Source of the DNA: Paraconexibacter antarcticus
GTDB lineage: Bacteria > Actinomycetota > Thermoleophilia > Solirubrobacterales > Solirubrobacteraceae
Assembly (NCBI RefSeq): GCF_024220175.1
Contig: NZ_CP098502.1
Location: 3,142,514 to 3,166,513, forward strand
Length of the DNA stretch: 24,000 nt
Direction: 5' to 3'
Positions 16,376 to 21,940 of this stretch are shown here, one piece after another. Made by a program: the position numbers and the translations under genes. Each line of letters starts with the position of its first letter. Within the stretch, counting starts at the first letter, position 1. The notes beneath the pieces were generated by a model. The model worked only from the letters and a program-made list of their open reading frames with translations, was not told the DNA's origin and did not search any database.

Positions 16376-17385
16376 GCGACTCCCGCGAGGCCGTCCTCGC
16401 GGAGATCCGGAGGCAGGACCGCTTCATCCTCGTCACCCACGAGCACCCCGACGGCGACGCCCTCGGCTCGCTCGTCGCGATGCACGAGATCCTCCTCGCG
16501 CTCGGGAAGGACTCGGTGATGTTCGTGGCCGCCGACGAGTTCCCCCTGCCCTACGAGTACCGCTTCTTCGTCTTCGACGGGCTCGTCTCGCAGGCGCCGC
16601 CGGACCTCGCCGAGCGCACGGTCATCTTCCTCGACTGCGGCAACATCGACCGCAACCCGCTCGACGAGGTCAAGGGCGAGGACGCGCGGATCGTCAACAT
16701 CGACCATCACCACGACAACACGCGCTTCGGGACGATCGACCACGTCGTCGTCGACGCCTCGTGCACCGCGGAGATCGTCTGGGACCTCATGCGCGAGCTC
16801 GGCGTCAGCCCGACGCCGACGATCGCGGACGCCCTGTACGTCGGGCTCGTCACCGACACCGGCAAGTTCATGTACGAGAACACCGGCGAGCGCGCGCACG
16901 CGATGGCGGGCGAGCTCATCGCCGCCGGGGTGGACGTCAACGCGGTCTACCGGCGTCTGTACGAGGAGATGCCGTACTCGAAGCTCGAGCTCCTCGCGCT
17001 CGGCCTCGCGAACCTCTCGCGGCACGACGACGGGCGCCTGACGTTCACGATCCTCCACCGCGAGGACTTCCTCGCCGCCGAGGCGGAGGAGAGCTACGCC
17101 GAGGGCCTCATCGACCATCTGCGCTCCGTGCGCGGGACGAAGGTCGCGGCGGTCGCGCGCGAGCTCCTCGCCGGCGCGGACGACCCGTCCGGGGCGACCC
17201 GTCGCAAGAAGGTCTCGCTGCGGGCCACCGACGGCGAGGTCGACGTCTCCGTCATCGCCCGTGCGGGCGGCGGCGGTGGCCACCGGCAGGCGGCGGGCTT
17301 CACGACCGAGCTGGGCGACGACGAGCTCATCGCCTTCCTGCGGGAGCAGGTGGCCCTGCAGCTCGGGCCGCTCGCCCCGGTCTGA
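16372..17385 (+). CDS. nrnA: DHH/DHHA1 phosphoesterase (NrnA-type oligoribonuclease / pAp phosphatase)
   Basis: ATG 16372 overlaps the rbfA stop (ATGA). Motifs HPDGDALGS, NIDHHHDN, TDTGKF and GGGGHRQAAGF are present. Confidence 0.85.
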   Translation: MSDSREAVLAEIRRQDRFILVTHEHPDGDALGSLVAMHEILLALGKDSVMFVAADEFPLPYEYRFFVFDGLVSQAPPDLAERTVIFLDCGNIDRNPLDEVKGEDARIVNIDHHHDNTRFGTIDHVVVDASCTAEIVWDLMRELGVSPTPTIADALYVGLVTDTGKFMYENTGERAHAMAGELIAAGVDVNAVYRRLYEEMPYSKLELLALGLANLSRHDDGRLTFTILHREDFLAAEAEESYAEGLIDHLRSVRGTKVAAVARELLAGADDPSGATRRKKVSLRATDGEVDVSVIARAGGGGGHRQAAGFTTELGDDELIAFLREQVALQLGPLAPV

Positions 17386-17403
17386 GCCGTCCCGGAGCGC
17401 GCC

Positions 17404-18270
17404 GTGGACCGGGTGCTGCTGATCGACAAGCCCGCCGGGCGGACCTCGCACGACCTCGTCGCCGAGGTGCGGCGCGGCGTCGGCGGACCGCGGAAGGGCC
17501 CCGGGGTCGTCCGGGTCGGCCACGCCGGCACGCTCGACCCCTTCGCAACCGGCCTGCTCCTCGTCCTCATCGGGCGGGCGACGAAGGCGCAGTCGCTCTT
17601 CATGGGGCTGCGCAAGACGTACGAGGTCACCGCACGGTTCGGGGCGGTGTCGTCGACCGGCGACACGGAGGGCGAGATCACCGAGACGGGTGTCCTCCCG
17701 TCCCGTCCGCTCGTCCTGCCGACCGGCCTCGTGCGCCAGCGCCCACCGGCCTACAGCGCGATCAAGATCGACGGCGAGCGCGCCTACGCCCGCGCCCGGC
17801 GCGGGGAGGAGGTCGAGATGCCCGAGCGCGAGGTGACCGTGTACCGCTTCGAGCCGCTCCCGCCGGCGGGCGGTAGCGGTCGGCCGGACGACGAGCCGGG
17901 GGCCGACGAGCGCTTCCTCATCGAGTGCTCCTCGGGGACGTACGTGCGGTCGCTCGTCGCCGACCTCGGCGACGCGTACTGCACGTCGCTGCGGCGGACG
18001 GCCATCGGGCCGTTCGACGTGACCGGGAGCGCCGATCACGGGACGGTGGAGACCGGCATCCCGCTGGGCGAGGCCCTCGGGCGGGTCCTGCCCGTCGTGC
18101 CGCTCGAGGGCGCCGAGGCGGGCCGTGCGGCCCACGGCGTCGCCGTCGCGGACCCGCGTCCGGACCCCGCCGGCGCCCGCGTCCTCATCGTCGACGCGGA
18201 CGGACCCGTCGCGGTCGCCGAGCCCCGGCCGGGCGGCCTCCTCAAGCCCGTCGTCGGCTTCCGGAGCTGA
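17404..18270 (+). CDS. truB: tRNA pseudouridine(55) synthase
   Basis: GTG 17404. The sequence KPAGRTSHD...GHAGTLDPFATGLL carries the catalytic Asp motif. PPAYSAIK is also present. Confidence 0.9.
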   Translation: MDRVLLIDKPAGRTSHDLVAEVRRGVGGPRKGPGVVRVGHAGTLDPFATGLLLVLIGRATKAQSLFMGLRKTYEVTARFGAVSSTGDTEGEITETGVLPSRPLVLPTGLVRQRPPAYSAIKIDGERAYARARRGEEVEMPEREVTVYRFEPLPPAGGSGRPDDEPGADERFLIECSSGTYVRSLVADLGDAYCTSLRRTAIGPFDVTGSADHGTVETGIPLGEALGRVLPVVPLEGAEAGRAAHGVAVADPRPDPAGARVLIVDADGPVAVAEPRPGGLLKPVVGFRS

Positions 18271-18338
18271 CGCTCGTCCGCCGGGCGGGCGGCGGGGCAC
18301 GATCGAAGCCTCGTACCATCAGGACCCACCACCCCTCT

Positions 18339-19241
18339 ATGACCGCCACGATCGTCCCGCTCCCGCAGATCAGCCCCCGGCCGCGCCGCGTCGCCGTCGG
18401 CTCCTTCGACGGCGTCCACCTCGGTCACCGCGCGGTGATCGAGGGCGCCGATGCCGTCCTGACCTTCGACCCGCACCCGATGAGCGTCATCTCGCCGTCG
18501 GCCGCGCCACGCCTGCTCACCACCCTCGCCCGCAAGGCGGAGCTCGTGGGGAATCTCGGGGTCGAGGAGCTCGTCGTCATCCCGTTCGACGACGCGTTCG
18601 CCCACGAGGGCGCACAGCAGTTCATCGACGAGGTGCTCGTCGGCGCGCTCGGCGCGACCCACGTCAGCGTCGGGGAGAACTTCCGCTTCGGTCACAAGGC
18701 GGTGGGGGACACCGACCTGCTGCACGCCGACAGCCGCTTCGAGACCCGTGTCGTGCCGCTGCTCGAGCTCGACGGGGAGATCATCAGCTCGAGCCACATC
18801 CGCGGCCTCATCGCCGGCGGGGCCATCGAGTACGCGGGCCAGCTGCTCGGCAACCCGTTCGTCGTCGACGGCATCGTGAGCCACGGCGAGAAGCGGGGCC
18901 GGACGCTCGGGTTCCCGACCGCGAACCTCGTCCCGGAGGACTCCTACGCGGTCCCCGCGCACGGCGTCTACGCCTGCCGCGCCCGCACCGCCGACGGCGT
19001 CTGGCACCCCGCCGCGACGTCGATCGGGGTCCGCCCGCAGTTCGTCACCGGGCTCGGGGAGCTCATCGAGGCGTTCCTCATCGACTTCACCGGGGACCTC
19101 TACGACGAGCCCCTCCGGATCGAGTTCCTCAAGCGCCTGCGGGGCGAGAAGCGTTTCGAGAGCGTCGACGCGCTGCTCGAGCAGATGGCACGAGACGTCG
19201 ATGAGGCACGTGCCTTTGCTAGCCTTCCACGTCGCCCATGA
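18339..19241 (+). CDS. ribF: Bifunctional riboflavin kinase / FMN adenylyltransferase
   Basis: ATG 18339 lies within ORF 17925..19241. Motifs [11 protein letters not shown] (adenylyltransferase) and [15 protein letters not shown] (kinase). Confidence 0.9.
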   Translation: MTATIVPLPQISPRPRRVAVGSFDGVHLGHRAVIEGADAVLTFDPHPMSVISPSAAPRLLTTLARKAELVGNLGVEELVVIPFDDAFAHEGAQQFIDEVLVGALGATHVSVGENFRFGHKAVGDTDLLHADSRFETRVVPLLELDGEIISSSHIRGLIAGGAIEYAGQLLGNPFVVDGIVSHGEKRGRTLGFPTANLVPEDSYAVPAHGVYACRARTADGVWHPAATSIGVRPQFVTGLGELIEAFLIDFTGDLYDEPLRIEFLKRLRGEKRFESVDALLEQMARDVDEARAFASLPRRP

Positions 19242-19510
19242 GCACCCTTTCCGCAGAGCGCAAGCAAGAAATCGTCACGAAGTTCGGGGAGACCCCGCAG
19301 GACACCGGGAACACCCGCGTCCAGGTCGCGCTGCTCACCGCGCGCATCAACGACCTCACCGAGCACCTGCGCTCCAACAAGAAGGACCACCACTCGCGTC
19401 GTGGCCTCCTGATGCTCGTCGGCCAGCGCCGTCGCCTGCTGCGCTACTACGAGAAGTCGAACCTCGAGGGCTACCGCGCCCTCATCAAGGAGCTCGGCCT
19501 CCGCCGCTAG
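19238..19510 (+). CDS. rpsO: 30S ribosomal protein S15
   Basis: 90 aa. The sequence [36 protein letters not shown] is unmistakably S15. The ATG overlaps the ribF stop (ATGA 19238-19241). Confidence 0.95.
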   Translation: MSTLSAERKQEIVTKFGETPQDTGNTRVQVALLTARINDLTEHLRSNKKDHHSRRGLLMLVGQRRRLLRYYEKSNLEGYRALIKELGLRR

Positions 19511-19584
19511 CCGTCGGCGCGCGGCGCCCGGCCCCGGACCCCAGGTCCGAGCGAGCCCGGCGCCCCGCCACCCGCTGCGGGCAC

Positions 19585-19590
19585 TAGCCT
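19585..19590 (+). promoter_or_regulatory. Candidate -10 hexamer TAGCCT within CACTAGCCT, 7 nt upstream of the peroxiredoxin ATG (leaderless geometry)
   Basis: gggCACTAGCCTgccgcgcATG, with no SD. The 9-mer is identical to the one upstream of gmk. Confidence 0.4.
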
Positions 19591-19597
19591 GCCGCGC

Positions 19598-20050
19598 ATG
19601 TCAATCATCGCCGCGGGGGAGACCGTCCCCGACTTCGTCCTGAAGACCGCCGACGGGGAGGACTTCACCCCCGCCGACCTCGAGGGGCAGACGACCGTCC
19701 TCGTCTTCTACCCCTTCGCGTTCAGCCCGGTCTGCACCGACCAGCTGCAGATCTACGACGAGGTGATCGACGAGTTCACCGCGAAGGGCGCCAAGGTCTA
19801 CGGCGTCAGCACCGACGCGACCTGGTCGCAGGGCGCGTTCAAGGACAAGCTCGGCGTCTCGATCGAGCAGCTCTCCGACTTCGAGCCCAAGGGCGCGGCC
19901 TCGAAGGCGCTCGGCGCGTACTTCGAGCCGGCCGGCATGACGAACCGGGCGCTGCTCATCATCGGGCCGGACAAGGTCGTCAAGTGGTCCTACGTCGCCG
20001 ACTCCCCGGGTGACCTTCCGGGCGTGGGCCTGCTGTTCGACAACCTCTGA
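19598..20050 (+). CDS. AhpE-like peroxiredoxin (AhpC/TSA family; likely 1-Cys)
   Basis: 150 aa. The peroxidatic site is VFYPFAFSPVCT. LSDFEPKGAASKALGAYFEPAGMTNRALLIIGPD closely parallels mycobacterial AhpE as I recall it. Confidence 0.85.
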   Translation: MSIIAAGETVPDFVLKTADGEDFTPADLEGQTTVLVFYPFAFSPVCTDQLQIYDEVIDEFTAKGAKVYGVSTDATWSQGAFKDKLGVSIEQLSDFEPKGAASKALGAYFEPAGMTNRALLIIGPDKVVKWSYVADSPGDLPGVGLLFDNL

Positions 20051-20056
20051 ATGTCG

Positions 20057-20066
20057 TGAAGGAGGG
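20057..20066. repeat. Left inverted repeat of the IS (TGAAGGAGGG)
   Basis: Exact reverse complement of 21313-21322. It starts 6 nt after the peroxiredoxin stop codon. Confidence 0.55.
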
Positions 20067-20071
20067 CCTCC

Positions 20072-20097
20072 CGGTGGCACGCTCCAGCGTGTCACCG
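20072..20097 (+). promoter_or_regulatory. 11-bp hairpin in the IS 5' end, upstream of the recombinase RBS
   Basis: CGGTGGCACGC (20072-20082) pairs with GCGTGTCACCG (20087-20097) with one G-U pair. The loop is TCCA. The RBS GAGGAGG lies at 20111-20117. Confidence 0.4.
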
Positions 20098-20126
20098 AAA
20101 GAGCAACCACGAGGAGGCCCGCTCAC

Positions 20127-21173
20127 ATGTTGCATGCTGGATTGGATCTCAGCCGCAAGCGGCTGGACTATTGCCTGCTCGCCCCGGATGGCGAGCAGAT
20201 CGAGGCCGGCGCGACGCCGCCGGACGCTGACGGGCTGCGCGGGTTCGCGCGCGGCGTAGAGACCCGGCATGGGCCGGTCCTAGTGCGGGCGGCGATCGAG
20301 TCGATGAACGGCGCCCGGTTTGTCCATGACGAGCTTGAGCGGCTCGGATGGGAGGTCGAGGTCGCCGACGCGCAGAAAGTCAAAGGCCTCGGCCCGTTGG
20401 CGTGCAAGACCGACCGGATCGACGCGTGGGTGCTCGCCGAGCTCTCACGGCGTGACCTGGTCCCCGCGGTGTGGCTTCCGGGCTTCGAGCAGCGCCAGGA
20501 ACGCGAACGCGCGCGCTGGCGCCTGTTCTTGGTGCGCAAACGCAGCTCGCTGAAGCACCGCATCCACGCGCAGCTGCTCGCGTTCGGCCATACCTGCCCG
20601 GTGTCGGACCTGTTCGGCGCCCGCGGCCGCAAGCTCCTTGCGCGGCTCGAGTTCCCCGAGCCGTGGCACTCAGGGGTCCTCGCCGCGGTGCAGATGATCG
20701 ACGAGCTCGACGCCGAGATCGCCGCGATCGACAAAGAGCTCAAAGCGCTCGGGGCCGATCACCGGTACATCCCGCTGCTGATGAGCGCCCCGGGGATCGC
20801 GTGGATCCTCGGGTACACGATCGCCGCGGAGATCGGCGACATCACCCGCTTCTCGAGCCCGAAGAAGCTCGTCGGCTACACCGGCCTGTGCCCACGCGTC
20901 TACCAGTCCGGCAACACCGACCGCCGCGGCCCCTTGACCCACGCCGGCCCGAAGTACCTGCGCTGGGCCTTGATGGAAGCCGCCGTTCACGCCTGCCGCC
21001 ATCAGGTCTACGCCGCCCGCTACCAGGCCAACAAGAAGCGCCTGGGCAAACAGCGCGGCGCCAAGGTCGCCCAGGTCGACATCGCCCGCCGGCTCGCCGA
21101 GGCGATCTGGCACATGCTCACCCGCAACACCACCTTCGCTCCGGCAGGCGCCACGCGCGCTCTGGCCGCATAG
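20127..21173 (+). CDS. IS110-family transposase / recombinase (DEDD RuvC-like N-domain plus Tnp C-domain with catalytic Ser)
   Basis: ATG 20127 lies within ORF 20010..21173, with GAGGAGG 9 nt upstream. Motifs GLDLS, ESMNG, KTDRIDAWVLA, then APGIAWILGYTIAAEIGDITRFSSPKKLVGYTGLCPRVYQSG...GPKYLRWAL. Confidence 0.9.
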   Translation: MLHAGLDLSRKRLDYCLLAPDGEQIEAGATPPDADGLRGFARGVETRHGPVLVRAAIESMNGARFVHDELERLGWEVEVADAQKVKGLGPLACKTDRIDAWVLAELSRRDLVPAVWLPGFEQRQERERARWRLFLVRKRSSLKHRIHAQLLAFGHTCPVSDLFGARGRKLLARLEFPEPWHSGVLAAVQMIDELDAEIAAIDKELKALGADHRYIPLLMSAPGIAWILGYTIAAEIGDITRFSSPKKLVGYTGLCPRVYQSGNTDRRGPLTHAGPKYLRWALMEAAVHACRHQVYAARYQANKKRLGKQRGAKVAQVDIARRLAEAIWHMLTRNTTFAPAGATRALAA

Positions 21174-21312
21174 ACGGCCCTCTCTGAGATGCGCCACCGG
21201 AGCGATGCCCCTACAGCACCTGGTCCTCACACGATGAGGCGATAGAGAGTTGAGCCCCTGCTCCACGACCGACCCAGAGGACAACGACCCAGAACCCACA
21301 CTTGACACCTCA
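21174..21312 (+). ncRNA. Candidate bridge RNA / seekRNA-coding 3' non-coding region of the IS (hypothesis)
   Basis: About 140 nt lie between the recombinase stop and the right repeat with no credible ORF. CTCTCT (21180-21185) is complementary to AGAGAG (21244-21249). There is a local hairpin CCTCA/TGAGG (21225-21239). ATAGAGAG (21242-21249) is identical to the 8 nt at the right IS junction (21322-21329). Strand and extent are unverified. Confidence 0.3.
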
Positions 21313-21322
21313 CCCTCCTTCA
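21313..21322. repeat. Right inverted repeat of the IS (CCCTCCTTCA)
   Basis: Exact reverse complement of 20057-20066. It is preceded by a consensus TTGACA at 21302-21307. Confidence 0.55.
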
Positions 21323-21338
21323 TAGAGAGCGGCCGCGC

Positions 21339-21371
21339 GGCGGCCGGCGGCTCAGACCGCCGCCGGCCGCC
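21339..21371. terminator. 12-bp perfect GC hairpin between the IS and the SRPBCC gene (possible bidirectional terminator without a U-tract)
   Basis: GGCGGCCGGCGG 21339-21350 pairs with CCGCCGGCCGCC 21360-21371 across a 9-nt loop. Four further base pairs follow one mismatch. Confidence 0.35.
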
Positions 21372-21456
21372 CCGCGCGGAACTCGGCTCGGAGTCCGCGC
21401 GCAGCGCCCCTCAGACCGCCGCAGCCTCGCGTGCGCGGAACTCCGCGAGCAGCCGC
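21351..21456. repeat. Degenerate tandem duplication (59-bp offset) of the 3' end of the SRPBCC gene
   Basis: The unit at 21351 and the unit at 21410 share exact CTCAGACCGCCGC (13 nt) and GCGCGGAACTC (11 nt) at the same spacing. 27 of the first 34 nt are identical. An 11-nt indel follows, then 10 of 13 nt match. Confidence 0.6.
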
Positions 21457-21911
21457 GGGATCTCCGCCGCGCGGTAGTCGAAGATCGCCTCGACGTCGCG
21501 GCGGACCATGAGCCGGTTCGCGAGCTCGCCGAGCGGCCCGAAGGCGATGCCGTAGCGGACCGTGTCGGTCATGATCGTGCCGGGTCGGGTGGGGTCCGAG
21601 TCATCCGGCTCGAAGGTGTGGGTGTGGTGCCAGAGGGCGTACGGGCCCTTGATCTGCGTGTCGACGAAGGCGTGCGGCGGATCCCAGCGCTGGATGCTCG
21701 TGAGCCACGAGATGGGGACGCCGCGGAGCTTCAGCGCGTACTGGATGAGTGCGCCCGCGTAGAGGTCGATCGGGCGCGGCGTCACCACCCGGAAGCGCAG
21801 CAGCGGAGGGGTCAGCGCCTCGAGGTTGAAGGCGTCGGCGAAGAACGGGAAGACCTCGTCGGGGGTCCCGTCCAGGCGCTGCTCGCGGTGCAGGGTGTGG
21901 ATGCGCATCAC
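21411..21911 (-). CDS. SRPBCC-superfamily (START/Bet v1-like, cyclase/dehydrase-type) ligand-binding protein
   Basis: 166 aa. The sequence FFADAFNLEALTPP.L.F.V........GA.I.Y.L...G.P..W...I..WDPP..F.D.Q..GPY..W.H.H.F is the pattern of the conserved SRPBCC/COG4276-type family as I recall it. Start is GTG 21911 or ATG 21908. Confidence 0.75.
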   Translation of the reverse strand: MMRIHTLHREQRLDGTPDEVFPFFADAFNLEALTPPLLRFRVVTPRPIDLYAGALIQYALKLRGVPISWLTSIQRWDPPHAFVDTQIKGPYALWHHTHTFEPDDSDPTRPGTIMTDTVRYGIAFGPLGELANRLMVRRDVEAIFDYRAAEIPRLLAEFRAREAAAV

Positions 21912-21927
21912 CGGTGGTACGGGCGTC

Positions 21928-21933
21928 TAGGCT
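21928..21933 (+). promoter_or_regulatory. Candidate -10 hexamer TAGGCT 7 nt upstream of the DsbA-like gene ATG (leaderless geometry)
   Basis: gtcTAGGCTgccttagATG, with no SD. It lies in the 29-bp gap between two divergent start codons. Confidence 0.4.
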
Positions 21934-21940
21934 GCCTTAG

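Larger units (their letters stand above)
20057..21322 (+). mobile_element. IS110-family insertion sequence (IS1111-like organisation: short 5' end, long 3' non-coding end, 10-bp inverted repeats)
   Basis: Contains a single DEDD/Ser recombinase gene. TGAAGGAGGG (20057-20066) is the exact reverse complement of CCCTCCTTCA (21313-21322). The span of about 1266 bp fits the family. GC looks lower than in the flanks. True ends may lie a few bp outside or inside the repeats. Confidence 0.7.

Noticed and set aside
16180-18300. 706-aa minus-strand ORF opposite rbfA-nrnA-truB, and 727-aa minus-strand ORF (7627..9810) opposite the transglutaminase gene
   Set aside because: These are GC-driven antisense ORFs with low-complexity translations. 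The + strand genes carry diagnostic motifs (DHH/DHHA1, the TruB catalytic Asp, the transglutaminase triad).
20051-20126. Junction promoter formed by TTGACA (right end) plus a -10 in the left IS end on a circular intermediate
   Set aside because: The left end contains no TA dinucleotide at all between 20051 and 20126. No plausible -10 appears at 16-19 nt spacing across a modelled right-left junction. The TTGACA is reported only as an observation.
20056-20259. 67-aa ORF starting in the left IS repeat (GTG 20056), the 75-aa ORF 21250..21477 and the 217-aa minus-strand ORF 20670..21323
   Set aside because: They overlap the recombinase gene or cross the IS/flank boundary, have low-complexity translations, and owe their 'MKEG' starts to the inverted repeat itself. 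They are not treated as genes.
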